Below are positions 10,554 to 21,584 of a DNA stretch of 64,000 nt, one piece after another (position 1 is the first letter of the stretch; each line of letters opens with the position of its first letter). Made by a program: the position numbers and the translations under genes. The notes under the pieces were generated by a model. That model was given only the letters and a program-made list of their open reading frames with translations. It was not told the origin of the DNA and searched no databases. The stretch is from Acidobacteriota bacterium (GTDB lineage: Bacteria; Acidobacteriota; UBA6911; RPQK01; CBDAPI01): NCBI GenBank assembly GCA_965205615.1, contig CBDBHK010000033.1, forward strand, positions 102,822 to 166,821, written 5' to 3'.

Positions 10554-13500
10554 ATGTCCCGAATGTTCAGTTATTTCCTGTTCCTGCTCACGACCCCAAC
10601 TCTGGTGTGCGCCGACGTGTTCACCGTCGGTCCGGCCGGCACTCATGCCTCCCTCCAGTCCGCGTTTGACGCGGCGGCCGGCCCGGGCGGCGACCATGAG
10701 ATTCGAATTCAGCAGGGGGTCTTCGATAACGGAACTACCTTTGTCTTTGTAAATGACGATCTGTCGGTGAACATCTCCGGAGGATGGAACGCAGCTTTCA
10801 GTGAAATGACACCGAACCCCTCGCTCACCTCCCTCTCCGGAGGAATGGACTCCAGAGTTCTCTCGGCCAACGCCGGGATCGGGGCAGGAGGAACGCTGCG
10901 CATCGAGAACCTGACTGTAACCGCAGGATTCGTCGAGCAGTCAGCAGCCGGATTGTCGCTCGTGTCCACCGGGAGTGCGAGGGTCGAGATTGTCAATTGT
11001 CGTTTCCTCGACAACAAAAGTGGATTCGACGACGGATCCTCGGTAGACGCTTTCGGAACCGCAATCAACGCCGACTTGAACAACGAGTCCACCCTCTTGA
11101 TTAACGGGTGTCTCTTCCAGGGCAATATCTCTCGGGGAAGCAGTGTGCCGGTGCAGCCCTCGAGCTCTCGGCGAGTCAGGATACCGACCTCGTGGTCACG
11201 AATTGTCATTTTGTGGCAAATGAAGCCCGCGCGGCGAATGACAGCGCCGGTGGCGGGGGACTGCACCTTTTCGCCAGGAACAACTCCTCCGCCGAGATCA
11301 GCAACAACACGTTTCGGGACAATGTGGTGGAGTGTCAGAACGGCAGCGCCATCGGAGGAGGGCTCTCTGCAGGAGCCAGCGAGACGGTCACGCTCGAGAT
11401 CACAGGAAACGTTTTTTTCAAGAACACCGTGATCTCCGACGGCCACAGGACCGGAGGGGGCCTGGACATGACTACATTCGACGACGCTCAGGGGCGTTTC
11501 GAGGATAACCGGATCCAAGGCAATCGTTTTCAGGGAGAGGGAAGCAGCAGTGGGGCCGGGACCCTGTTGGGCACCGCCGGCGAGAGCCAGCTCGTAGCCA
11601 GGCGAAACACCTGGCTGGACAATTCGGGGCCTGAGAGCAGCAACGCGGCACAAGTCTACATTAGCCACTCCAGTGCTTCCTTTATGCTGACCGACTCACT
11701 GATCGCCGATTCGACCCAGAGCGGGCTCAGGGGAGACGGGGTCGGGATGCAGCTCGCAAACCTGACGATTACCAACAACGCAGAAAACGGTATCGGCTTC
11801 CTCATCGCAGAGTTGGACAACTCCATCGTTTTCGGGAACGGAACCGACCTGCTTGACCCCACGAGAATCACGGGAGGCAACAACCTGATCGGAGCCGATC
11901 CGTTCTTTGTCGATCCTGCCGATGCGAACTACCGGATCCTGGCCGGCTCTCCGGCCATCAACTCCGGAAACAACGACCCTCCCGGCGGTCTGGGGGCGTC
12001 CGATTTGGATCGTGAGGATCGGATCTTCGGATCCACCGTGGATGTCGGAGCTTACGAGTTTGCGGGACTTGAGAGCTTTCAATACCTGACACAAATTGGA
12101 AACGGCCAGACCGGTAACATCATGCTCAGCACGGAGATCGACGTGGCGGCCATCCCGGGTGCAGGAGCGGCCGCCTTCACGATCGATTTTTTCGACCCGC
12201 TGGGAGGGCGCTGGGGCTTAGACCTGAACGGCCAGATCCCGGCCGGAGAGGACCTGGAGTCTTCCGTGTCGGCCCGCCTGGATCCCGGGGAGACCTGGCA
12301 TCTGAATACTTCGGGGACAGGGGAGATCGAAGCCGGCTACGCCCGCATCCGCTCCGGAGCAGGAATCGGCGTGACCGGGATCTTCACGCGTCAGGATGTG
12401 GAAACGGGTACGATTCTCTACCAGGCCGGCGTGCCGGCGTCGGAGTGGCTCAACGAAGCCACTCTCTTCGTGGATTCGCTGGGAGATCTGGAGACCGGAC
12501 TGGCGATTGTCAATGTCGCCGATCGGCAACCGTTCCCAACCGAACGACGGTTTCCGGAAGGACGCTCCCCCAAGGGCATACCGGGGAAGATGCTCTTGAG
12601 GCTGTTCGATCAGCAATTCACTCAGCTGGGCGAGATCGATCTGGAACTGGCGGCGGGCCAGCACCAGGCCGCTTTCGTGTCCCAGCTCTTCCCTGACGTC
12701 GAGCAGGCCGCCGAGATGCAGGGGATTCTGCAAGTCGGAAGCCTGGATCCGATCGCCCTGGTTACCCTGCGGCAAAATGACGCTCCTGGTGTTGAGTTTC
12801 CTCAAGAAGTACCGACCCTGGCGGCTTTCCCCGTACTCGAGGGCAGGGCCCCAGAGATTGTGGGGCCGGAACCGCAGGGAGCGATCCAGATTCAGTGCTT
12901 TTTCGCCCAGGTCGGAAACGGGCAAGCGGGAACGATCGGCCTCCAGACTGCCATGAATCTGGCCAACACCGCTGGAGGACAAGCGCCGGTCCAGCTTGAC
13001 TTTTTCGACAGCAGCGGGGCTCCCATGGTGCTCCGGATCGACGGATTGGGAAGCGACTCGACCTTCAATATCCAACTGGCTTCCGGGGAATCCCGGGTGC
13101 TCGAGACCACGGGCCAGGGCGGCATCCAGGCCGGTTACGCGCGGGTCACTTCTGTAGAAGGGGTGGGAGGATCAGCCGTTTTTTCCCGGGTTGATCTCCC
13201 TTCCGGGCTCCTTGAGACAGAATCGGGAGTTCCGGCCTCGCACAAGGCAGCCAGCTTTTCCCTCTTCGTCGACACCACCGGGAATGCCGAAACCGGCCTG
13301 GCTCTGGCCAATCCCTTCCCGGGTCCGGCCGGTGGACCACCGGTGGCTGTGGATCTGCAGCTCCTGGACATGGCCGGACAAGAAGTGGCCACCACCGAAC
13401 TGCAGCTGGCAACCGGCCAGCATACCGCCCAGTTCGTGACCCAGCTGTTTCCGGATGTCGAAGAGGTCGGCTCGATGAGGGGCCTTCTGGTCATTTCCAG

Positions 13501-13579
13501 TGCGGTCCCGATCGTGGCCGTGACCCTGCTTCAGAACGACGATCCGGGCAGCCCCTTTCCACAGACGTCGGAACTCTGA
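10554..13579 (+). pseudogene. Large secreted right-handed parallel beta-helix protein with two tandem ~250-aa C-terminal domains; frameshifted in a G-run near 11133
   Basis: Signal peptide MSRMFSYFLFLLTTPTLVCA. Beta-helix repeats (NISGGW, TNCHFVANEA, ISNNTFRDN, ITGNVFFKN). The reading frame switches from frame 0 (10464-11432 ORF) to frame 2 (11108-13579 ORF) at gggg 11134-11137. The C-terminus holds two paralogous modules (GNGQTGNIMLSTE...AGQHQAAFVSQLFPDVE and GNGQAGTIGLQTA...TGQHTAQFVTQLFPDVE). Confidence 0.55.
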
Positions 13580-13630
13580 CAGCCTTCCCGGTTCTGGAAG
13601 CCATTCACTGAAGGAAACCGAGACCTCTAG

Positions 13631-15367
13631 CCCGCATAGATCACCGATTTGGAAATGAAGGTGATTTTGGCAGGCCGGAACGGTTTTCTGAGAGTTTCGC
13701 TATCGATCCGGTCCAGGTCGAGTGATGCGGTGGTGTGGATGGTCGTGAATGGAGCGTTTTTCGGGTTCGGAAGAGCGTGACGGAATGTATTCAGGCAGAG
13801 CTCGGCCTGAGCGATGGAACGATTTCGTTTTTGGGGGCGTTTGATCGGGACAGACCTCAGCAGCGCAGAGGAATGGCCTGGAGGTTTCGAACGACGGCAG
13901 CGAAGACCTCGCTGTAGGGATAGGCTTCCGACATGGAGATCCAGACGTGGCGGACCGTGAGGCGGACCTGGGCGCCGATCTTGAGGAGCTTCAAGCGAAT
14001 CGTCTGACACTGAGCGCGAGCCAGGGGGGTCTGCTTCAGTCCGAGACGACGCAAGGCGTGCATGAGCATGTAGGCGGCGGAGGACAGATACAGCCGGAGT
14101 TGATTGGCGCGCATCGTTGCCGCGCTGGTCCGGTCGGCGAACAGACCCAACTGCTGTTCTTTTATGCGGTTCTCCATGTCGCCCCGCGCACAGTAGAAGT
14201 CTTCGTAGAGCGCGCGGGCCCCCAGGCGTTCCGGCGACAGGGAGGTGACGACGAATCGGGGATTGGCGCCTTTGTCCAGGAACTCGGCCTTGCCGACGAC
14301 GCGTCGCTCCGAGGTCCAACTGTGGCGAGTCCGGTAGCGGAAATCCTTGAACACCCGCGCCGGTCGCCCGGTGGCGTTGAACTCGGCTTCGGCCTGAGTC
14401 ATCGCTTCGGCGCTCTCTGACTTGAGCCGATCATTGTTGGCCAACCCCATCACGTAATCCACGTGATGGTCTTCACACCAGCGGAGCAAGTCATCCCGGC
14501 AAAAGCCCGAGTCGGCCCGGATGACGATCGAGACCTCCGGCCAGCTCTGCCGAATCCGGCCGACGATCCGTTCCAGTTCCTCCACCGATCCCGCGGCCCC
14601 ATCGATATTGGAACACCGCAACCGGGCGCACAGCAGATGCTCCCCCGAGAAGATGTACAGCGGGAGATAACAGTAGTGGCGGTAGTAACCGTGAAAGAAC
14701 CGGCCTTCCTGCTGGCCATGGATCGGGTCGTCGGTCGCATCCAGATCCAGCACCATCTCCTCGGGCGCCGATTCGTGGGACTCCACGAAGGCATCCACCA
14801 TCCAGCCGTCGATCCGGTCCGGGTCCATCGCGATCTTCTTGTACCGCTCCTGCTCATCGACCTCGGCGCCGGTCAACTCCAACCGGTTCAGCGTACACCT
14901 GCCCGCCAGCGCCTTCCCCCGATCTGAGGCCTGCCGCCGCCTCTCCCCCAACGGATCGGCCTTATTCACCGCCACCGCCAGCATCGGATCGGTGCGCAAC
15001 TGATCATGATCGTTCAGATCCTCGTACCCCAGACAGAGTCCGTAGATGCGCTGCCCCAACAACTCCTCGACCGTGTGTTCGATCAACCGCGGATCCCGGT
15101 GATCCCTGAAACACTCAGCCAGTCCGGCGATCAGACCCGTCCCCCTCTCGACCTCTCGCAACAGCAGCACCCCTGCATCGGAGGTGATCTTCCCGCCGTC
15201 GAACCGCGCCTTCACTTTGCGTTGAAATAGTCCGTGAAATTCGAACCTGGCTTGTTTACACTCTGTTCTCATAAGGACCGCCTCCGTTTGCGTGTGAAAA
15301 CGTTCATTCAAAACGCTTTATACCAAACAGGGCGGCCTTTTCAGGTCCCATCGGTGAGAAATGGCGG
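13631..15367 (-). mobile_element. IS1380-family insertion sequence, copy 1 (intact transposase), 4-bp CTAG target duplication
   Basis: Ends: cccgcatagatcaccgat (13631-13648) and its 13/18-matching inverted partner at 15350-15367. Flanked by ctag on both sides (13627-13630 and 15368-15371). Near-identical to the copy at 55941-57664. Confidence 0.75.
13857..15311 (-). CDS. IS1380-family DDE transposase (DDE_Tnp_1_4-like)
   Basis: 484-aa ORF. N-terminal RFDGGKITSDAGVLLLREVERGTGL is characteristic of IS1380-family transposases. DDE region and C-terminal ARGDMENRIKEQ motif present. Probable true start at MRTECKQ (15272). Confidence 0.75.
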   Translation of the reverse strand: MNERFHTQTEAVLMRTECKQARFEFHGLFQRKVKARFDGGKITSDAGVLLLREVERGTGLIAGLAECFRDHRDPRLIEHTVEELLGQRIYGLCLGYEDLNDHDQLRTDPMLAVAVNKADPLGERRRQASDRGKALAGRCTLNRLELTGAEVDEQERYKKIAMDPDRIDGWMVDAFVESHESAPEEMVLDLDATDDPIHGQQEGRFFHGYYRHYCYLPLYIFSGEHLLCARLRCSNIDGAAGSVEELERIVGRIRQSWPEVSIVIRADSGFCRDDLLRWCEDHHVDYVMGLANNDRLKSESAEAMTQAEAEFNATGRPARVFKDFRYRTRHSWTSERRVVGKAEFLDKGANPRFVVTSLSPERLGARALYEDFYCARGDMENRIKEQQLGLFADRTSAATMRANQLRLYLSSAAYMLMHALRRLGLKQTPLARAQCQTIRLKLLKIGAQVRLTVRHVWISMSEAYPYSEVFAAVVRNLQAIPLRC

Positions 15368-16243
15368 CTAGCTGTCCGCGGTGAGGCCGCCCGGTGGCCG
15401 GACAAGGACCAGAACGCGTGGCCATTCAGCATAATCTTTTCGCACCCCGAGGGTTGCCCAGCCGTTGTCGCGTGCCAGGTTCTCGACCTCTTGCAGGTTG
15501 TCGTGGGCCAACTCCAGGATGAGGCGGCCGTTATTGTGCAGCCGTTCTGGAGATCTTTCGAGAATCTCGCGGTAAAGCGCCGGCCTCCCCTCCTCGCCGA
15601 ACAAGGCCCCTCGTGGTTCATACTCGAGAACGGACCGATCGGCCTGCTCTGCGGAGGTCGGGCTCAGGTAGGGAGGATTGGACAGGATCAAGTGAAACTT
15701 CCGGGTTCCAGCGTAAGCTTGATACTTTTTGCACACGAGCCTCACTCTCTCCGTGCACCCGTACCGTCGGCAGTTTCGGGCAGCAACCTCCAGAGCAACT
15801 GGACTGGGCTCCAGGGCGGTCACCAGGATCCTGGGCTCTTCGCAGGCGAGAGAAACGGCAATGCAGCCCGAGCCGGTGCCGATGTCCAGCGCCGAAAGCT
15901 CATCCTCTTTCAGTCGGCCGGCGAGTCGGAGGGCTTCGTCCACAAGCAGTTCCGTTTCGGGTCGCGGAATCAGGACCCCGGGCCTGACTCGGAAACTGCG
16001 ACCGTAGAACTCCTGCTCTCCCGACATGTACTGGATCGGAAAGTGCTTTTGACGCAGGCGGATCAGTTGTGCATAGAGCTGCCCCTGACTATCGGTCAGC
16101 TTTGAACTCGGGGAGGTTGCGATCCAAATCGGTGCCCGCCTGAGCACCAGTCCCAAAATTGAAAAAGCGTCCACCAAGGGAATGCGGAGTCCAGAGGAGG
16201 ACAACTCATCACGGCCCAGTCGAATGGCTTCTCGAACCGTCAA
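15368..16243 (-). CDS. prmC: Release-factor glutamine N5-methyltransferase PrmC/HemK
   Basis: 291 aa. NPPY motif (LILSNPPYL) and SAM-binding [11 protein letters not shown]. Sits immediately downstream of prfA with overlapping start/stop, the conserved prfA-prmC arrangement. Confidence 0.8.
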   Translation of the reverse strand: MTVREAIRLGRDELSSSGLRIPLVDAFSILGLVLRRAPIWIATSPSSKLTDSQGQLYAQLIRLRQKHFPIQYMSGEQEFYGRSFRVRPGVLIPRPETELLVDEALRLAGRLKEDELSALDIGTGSGCIAVSLACEEPRILVTALEPSPVALEVAARNCRRYGCTERVRLVCKKYQAYAGTRKFHLILSNPPYLSPTSAEQADRSVLEYEPRGALFGEEGRPALYREILERSPERLHNNGRLILELAHDNLQEVENLARDNGWATLGVRKDYAEWPRVLVLVRPPGGLTADS

Positions 16244-17313
16244 GAGTGCTCTACTGCTTCTAGAGCTTCAGCCTCGTCATTCGTGGCCAGTGCATCAATG
16301 ACTTCATCCAGATCGCCCTGAAGTACCTGTTCGAGCCGGTGGAGTGTGAGGTTGATGCGATGATCGGTCACGCGGTTCTGGGGGAAGTTGTAAGTTCGGA
16401 TCTTCTCGCTGCGGTCTCCGCTACCCACCATGGCTTTGCGGTTTTCGGCAATCTCCTCCTGCTGTTTCGCTCTGGCCTTTTCGTAGAGTCGGGAGCGCAG
16501 GACTTTCATCGCTTTGGCCTTGTTCTTGTGCCAGGATTTTTCATCCTGGCAGGTCACGACTTCTCCGCTGGGCAGGTGGGTGATGCGAATCGCAGAGTAT
16601 GTCGTGTTGACTGACTGCCCTCCCGGCCCTGACGAGCAGAAAGTGTCTATCTTCAAGTCGTTGGCATCGATAGCCACCTCCAGCTCGTCGGCTTCGGGTA
16701 AAACGGCGACGGTTACCGCAGAGGTGTGGACCCGACCCTGAGTTTCCGTTTCGGGCACCCTTTGCACCCGGTGGACTCCGCTCTCGAATTTGAGCCGGCT
16801 GAAGACGCCCTGGCCTTCAATCGAGGTAATGCTTTCTTTCAGACCGCCTACCGAGGAGTAGTTAGCAGCGACCAGGTCTGTTTTCCAGCGCCTGGAGTCA
16901 GCGTAACGCGTATACATACGGAGCACTTCCTGGGCGAAAAGGGTGGCCTCGTCACCCCCTGTTCCAGCGCGAATCTCCAGGATCACATTCTTCTGGTCAT
17001 TCGGGTCCCTGGGCAAAAGAAGCTGCTTGAGGCGGTCTTCGGATTCCTTTTCGTCGGTCTCCAGCCTGGCCAACTCCTCCCGGGCCAACTGAAGAAGCTC
17101 GGGATCCGTGTCTTCGGAAAGCAGAGACTGTGTGTCGGCGATCTGTCCGGAAAGGGAAAGGTAGTGCCGATATTCGTCGACAATGCCCTGGAGTTCGGAA
17201 TGTGAGCGCGCCGCATCCCGATAACGCTCCGGAGATGCCAGGGTTTCCTGCCGGCTCAGTTCCAGGGAGAGCGCTTCATAGCGAGCTTCCAGTTCTCGTA
17301 ACCGCTGTAACAT
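16240..17313 (-). CDS. prfA: Peptide chain release factor 1
   Basis: 357 aa. GGQ motif ([11 protein letters not shown]) and an RF1-type tripeptide region ([18 protein letters not shown]). Confidence 0.9.
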   Translation of the reverse strand: MLQRLRELEARYEALSLELSRQETLASPERYRDAARSHSELQGIVDEYRHYLSLSGQIADTQSLLSEDTDPELLQLAREELARLETDEKESEDRLKQLLLPRDPNDQKNVILEIRAGTGGDEATLFAQEVLRMYTRYADSRRWKTDLVAANYSSVGGLKESITSIEGQGVFSRLKFESGVHRVQRVPETETQGRVHTSAVTVAVLPEADELEVAIDANDLKIDTFCSSGPGGQSVNTTYSAIRITHLPSGEVVTCQDEKSWHKNKAKAMKVLRSRLYEKARAKQQEEIAENRKAMVGSGDRSEKIRTYNFPQNRVTDHRINLTLHRLEQVLQGDLDEVIDALATNDEAEALEAVEHS

Positions 17314-17462
17314 TTTCCCTGACTGCCTCGACGATCCTTCCAGTCTGGTTGAAGACGCCCTACCGGGTGGAAAGTTTCAGTTCTGGGATCGGGGCAGGGT
17401 CTGAGGAGTGTCTCGGCAAAAGGAAGTGTAACAAATCCAGGCCTTTCTAGTCGAATTCCGTT

Positions 17463-17498
17463 TCCTTGACAAAGCCTCGGGGCGCACGGTATAAGAAA
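17463..17498 (+). promoter_or_regulatory. Candidate sigma-70 promoter upstream of rpsA (TTGACA, 18 nt spacer, TATAAG)
   Basis: ttgacaaagcctcggggcgcacggtataag read in the DNA ~170-280 nt upstream of the rpsA start candidates. Confidence 0.4.
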
Positions 17499-17670
17499 TC
17501 TTCAAATTCGATCAAGGATCCTCCGCATCTTGTAAGAAACTCCCATTTCAAGGATTGACTCAAGGCCGGCCACTCGGTTCGATTTCCTCTGATCCTGTCG
17601 CCCTTGATGAAATGCTTGTACGGGAGGTCTATTCAGCGGAAGGATTCTCAAAGGGGAGGCATTTGTTCCA

Positions 17671-19476
17671 ATGGGAGCAACCACGCAGACAGAAGAAAAT
17701 AAAGACAAACAAGCCAAGCCAGAGCAGGCTGTACCTGAGCTACCGCAAATCGTCGAAGAATCCGATGTTGGATACGAAGACATGGAGGCCGCCTACAAGA
17801 CCAGCTTTCGGAGTATTACGGAAGGTGAGGTCGTCGAAGGTCGGGTGCTCAAGGTCATCAGCAATGGCGTCATAGTCGATGTCGGATACAAATCCGAGGG
17901 AATGATATCTCTGCGTGAGTTCCGAAACGAGAAGGGTGAAGTCGAAGTCCAGGCCGGAGACAAAGTAGAAGTCTTACTCGAGCGTGCCGAAGGGCGGGAT
18001 GGATTCGTGGTCCTTTCCCGCGAGAAGGCGGAGCGCATGAAGATCTGGGACACAATCGAGAAGGCCTATCAGGAGCAGACCATTGTAAACGGGCGAGTCA
18101 TTGAAAGGATCAAGGGGGGACTGGCCGTAGATATCGGTGTGAGGGCTTTTCTTCCGGGCTCGCAGATTGACCTTCACCCGATCAGAAACCTGGATGTCTT
18201 CAGAGGCCAGGAGCTCGAGATGCGGGTCATCAAAGTCAATAAGAGACGGGGCAACATCGTCCTCTCGCGAAAGGCGGTTCTGGAGGAGGAGTATTTCAAA
18301 AAGAAGGAGGAGACGCTCAAGTTTCTGGAAGAGGGGCTGATTGTCTCCGGCGTCGTCAAGAACATAACCGACTATGGCGTCTTCGCGGACCTTGGCGGTA
18401 TCGACGGGTTACTCCACATCACGGACATGTCCTGGGGTCGCGTCAACCATCCTTCCGACCTGTTCCACGTGGGAGATGAGATCAATATAAAAATTCTCAA
18501 ATTCGATCGCCTGGAGGAAAAGGTGTCGCTCGGTTATAAGCAGCTGTCCGACGACCCCTGGCTGAGCGCCTCCCGACGTTATCCCAAGGGATCCCGTGTC
18601 GAGACCCGTGTTGTAAGCCTGACGGACTATGGCGCTTTCGTTGAGCTGGAGGAAGGCGTGGAGGGACTGATCCATATTTCGGAGATGACCTGGAACAAAC
18701 GGATCAAACACCCGTCGCAGTTACTGACCATAGGCGATAGTGTTGAGGCGGAAGTACTGGAAATCGATACCGAGGGTCGAAGGATCTCATTGGGGCTCAA
18801 GCAAACCGAGCCGAATCCCTGGGAAGAAATAGAAGCAAACTACGCCATCAACTCCATCGTGACGGGCCAGGTGCGGAACCTTACGGATTTCGGCGCTTTC
18901 ATTGAGGTAGAAGAGGGAGTTGACGGGCTCGTGCACGTGTCTGATTTGAGCTGGACCAAGAAGATCAAGCATCCGTCGGAAGTCTTGCAGAAAGGTGAAG
19001 AAGTCAGCGCCGTCGTCCTGAATGTTGATGCCGAACATCAACGCTTGTCGCTCGGAATCAAACAGCTCGAGCCGGACCGCTGGGAAGGGTTCTTTTCCGA
19101 GAAACAGATTGGCGACGTGATGCAGGGCAAAATCGTCAGGCTGGCTAATTTCGGAGCCTTTGTCGAGTTGGAGGAGGGCATAGAGGGCTTATGTCACGTG
19201 TCGGAACTCGACGTGGAGCGGATCGAGAACCCGGAGGACAAATTCTCGATAGGGCAGGAGCTTGACTTTAAGATCATCAAGATGAATCTTCTCGAGCGTA
19301 AGATTGGGTTGTCTATCAAAGCTCTCCTGGATCCCGGCAGCGACGAAGCTGAAGACACCTGGAGTTATGGCGCAGAAGTCGGGCGGACTTCAATAGGGGA
19401 AATTGCCGGAGACGAGCTGGGGCAGTTGAAGAAAAAGGCCGAGTTGGCAAAGGGGGACGAGAATGACGAAAGCTGA
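17671..19476 (+). CDS. rpsA: 30S ribosomal protein S1
   Basis: 601 aa with six S1 RNA-binding repeats (GxV.G.V..I...G.FV motifs repeated). An alternative start at 17782 (MEAAYKTSF) would remove an atypical N-terminal extension. Confidence 0.9.
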   Translation: MGATTQTEENKDKQAKPEQAVPELPQIVEESDVGYEDMEAAYKTSFRSITEGEVVEGRVLKVISNGVIVDVGYKSEGMISLREFRNEKGEVEVQAGDKVEVLLERAEGRDGFVVLSREKAERMKIWDTIEKAYQEQTIVNGRVIERIKGGLAVDIGVRAFLPGSQIDLHPIRNLDVFRGQELEMRVIKVNKRRGNIVLSRKAVLEEEYFKKKEETLKFLEEGLIVSGVVKNITDYGVFADLGGIDGLLHITDMSWGRVNHPSDLFHVGDEINIKILKFDRLEEKVSLGYKQLSDDPWLSASRRYPKGSRVETRVVSLTDYGAFVELEEGVEGLIHISEMTWNKRIKHPSQLLTIGDSVEAEVLEIDTEGRRISLGLKQTEPNPWEEIEANYAINSIVTGQVRNLTDFGAFIEVEEGVDGLVHVSDLSWTKKIKHPSEVLQKGEEVSAVVLNVDAEHQRLSLGIKQLEPDRWEGFFSEKQIGDVMQGKIVRLANFGAFVELEEGIEGLCHVSELDVERIENPEDKFSIGQELDFKIIKMNLLERKIGLSIKALLDPGSDEAEDTWSYGAEVGRTSIGEIAGDELGQLKKKAELAKGDENDES

Positions 19477-19738
19477 ACTTGTCGACGAGGTGTCCAGGAA
19501 TTCCGACCTGAATAAGAAGGACGCGGAAGTGATCGTCCAGACGGTTCTCGACAGCATCGTGGACTCCCTCAAGTCCGGGGAGAAAGTCGAGCTCCGGGGC
19601 TTCGGCAGTTTTCGTCTCCGCAAAAGAGCGTCCAGGCAGGGACGGAATCCCAAGACCGGGGAAAAGGTGTTCGTGCCGGCCAAACGGGTGCCCTATTTCA
19701 AGCCGGGCAAGGAACTGAAAACTCTCATTAATTCCTGA
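19463..19738 (+). CDS. ihfB: Integration host factor beta / HU-family DNA-binding protein
   Basis: 91 aa: MTKAELVDEVS...RGFGSFRLRKRASRQGRNPKTGEKVFVPAKRVPYFKPGKELK is a canonical IHF/HU fold signature. Position directly after rpsA matches the rpsA-ihfB arrangement. Confidence 0.65.
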   Translation: MTKAELVDEVSRNSDLNKKDAEVIVQTVLDSIVDSLKSGEKVELRGFGSFRLRKRASRQGRNPKTGEKVFVPAKRVPYFKPGKELKTLINS

Positions 19739-20212
19739 TCCATTCCCCCGGATGCGAATGACTCCAGGTCGAGTGCGGGAAACAGCACCGCCCGGAGTGG
19801 TTGCAATTCAGTCAAACCGACAAAACCCGCACATATGAAGGGCGTTGACCGACCCTTTCATAGGCCCGCGGCAGGTTGCCCCGAGCCGCCTCAACAGGAA
19901 TCTGTGATCGCCCTCTAAAAAAAGCCTGGATCCCCTCAGGTTTATCTTTGAAAATGGTATGTAAAATACTGTTGATAAGGTAAAAACCCCCTTTACAGTA
20001 ACCCTCCAAAACTTTTTTGAGAAAAAGCATTTGCAAGGCCGGGAAAGGCATGGTAGGTTTAGGTCCGTTTGGCTCGAGGCTGGTAGGAATTACCACTTTC
20101 CACAACCTGTGAAAAACACTGTGGAAACCTAGGCGGGTTCTGACCGACACGAGGCGTGTGTCGGTCCCCTCCTGAGCAAAAACTAGGGACATTCTAGCTC
20201 CTTTTTGGATAA
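19739..20212 (+). promoter_or_regulatory. Candidate oriC / dnaA promoter region with DnaA-box-like 9-mers and an AT-rich stretch
   Basis: 474-bp non-coding gap upstream of dnaA. DnaA-box-like sites (8/9 or 7/9 to TTATCCACA): tttccacaa (~20097), tgtggaaac (20120-20128, inverted), ttggataag (20203-20211), ttgataagg (19972-19980). Locally AT-rich segment 19940-20040. Confidence 0.5.
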
Positions 20213-21547
20213 GTGCGCATGCAGTTCTGGTCGGCCGTTCTGTCTTCAATAGAGGGACGGGTTTCTAAACAGAATTTTGACATTTGGTTCAGACCCACGG
20301 CTGCTGACTCCGAAAGCGGGCAGGACCGACGCCTGGTTGTTCGCGTCCCCAACGAGTACTTTCGCTATTGGATCCACGAGAACTATTCCTCCGTCATCGA
20401 TGAAGCTCTTCAGGAAGTCGGGTTGGAGGAGTGGACCTGGGCGCTGGTTGTAGCCGATCCGGCGCCCCACCATGACAGACCTGACCCCCGGACTGAGGTC
20501 AATTCAGAAGGGCCCTGCCCTCAGGCTGCCCAGTATAATCTGAATCCCAGGTACACGTTCGATCGTTTTGTGGTGGGCAGCAGTAACCAGTTTGCTCACG
20601 CGGCCTCGCTCGCGGTAGCTGAGCAGCCTTCCAAGGCCTACAATCCCCTCTTCATCTACGGCGGCGTGGGTCTGGGCAAGACTCATCTGATGCATGCGGT
20701 CGGGCACTACATCAAGATCCGTTCCCCTCGGGTTCGTCTCACCTACATGTCGTCTGAACGCTTCATGAATGAACTGATCAATTCGATACGTTACGACAAG
20801 ACGATCCAGTTTCGTGAGAAGTACCGCAGTATCGACGTGCTGCTGATGGATGACATCGAATTCCTGGCTGGCAAGGAGCGAACCCAGGAGGAGTTCTTCC
20901 ATACGTTTAATGCGCTTTACGATAACCAGAAACAGATCGTGATCTCCAGTGACTGTCCGCCTCGCGAGATCCCGACTCTGGAGGAGCGTTTGCACAGCCG
21001 TTTCGAATGGGGGCTGATCGCCGACATTCAGGCACCGGACCTCGAGACCAAGATTGCGATCCTCAAGAAGAAGGCTGAACTGGAAGCGGTCAGCCTTCCT
21101 GACGATGTCGTGTTTTTTATAGCTCAGCACATCCGCTCCAACGTTCGAGAACTGGAAGGCTCTCTGATTCGTCTGGTCGCTTTCAGCAGTTTGACCGGAG
21201 AGAAAATCACCCTGGAGCTGGCCGAAAGGGTCCTCAAGAACATTGCCGACCAGAATGCGAGAATTATTACAGCGGAAGATGTTCAGCGGGTGGTGGCGAG
21301 CCATTTTTCCCTGAGTCCGACCGATCTGAGGACCAAGAACAACTCTCGCCGAATTGCCGAGCCGCGACAGATCGCCATGTACCTGGCACGAGAGCTGACC
21401 AAGGATTCTTTGCCTCAGATTGGCAAGGCATTCGGAGGGAAGCACCATACGACCGTCCTGCATTCGATCAGAAAGATTGAACGGCTTTCCAGAGAGGATC
21501 CTCGCATGAAGGCTTTGCTGGAGCGGTTGAGGGAACTGATCCAGTAA
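20213..21547 (+). CDS. dnaA: Chromosomal replication initiator DnaA
   Basis: 444 aa. Walker [14 protein letters not shown]+ sensor motifs, C-terminal DNA-binding helix ([27 protein letters not shown]). GTG start at 20213 or ATG at 20219. Confidence 0.9.
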   Translation: MRMQFWSAVLSSIEGRVSKQNFDIWFRPTAADSESGQDRRLVVRVPNEYFRYWIHENYSSVIDEALQEVGLEEWTWALVVADPAPHHDRPDPRTEVNSEGPCPQAAQYNLNPRYTFDRFVVGSSNQFAHAASLAVAEQPSKAYNPLFIYGGVGLGKTHLMHAVGHYIKIRSPRVRLTYMSSERFMNELINSIRYDKTIQFREKYRSIDVLLMDDIEFLAGKERTQEEFFHTFNALYDNQKQIVISSDCPPREIPTLEERLHSRFEWGLIADIQAPDLETKIAILKKKAELEAVSLPDDVVFFIAQHIRSNVRELEGSLIRLVAFSSLTGEKITLELAERVLKNIADQNARIITAEDVQRVVASHFSLSPTDLRTKNNSRRIAEPRQIAMYLARELTKDSLPQIGKAFGGKHHTTVLHSIRKIERLSREDPRMKALLERLRELIQ

Positions 21548-21584
21548 TTTATCCACGGGAGCCCGGGCCCCGGGGGAATCATCA

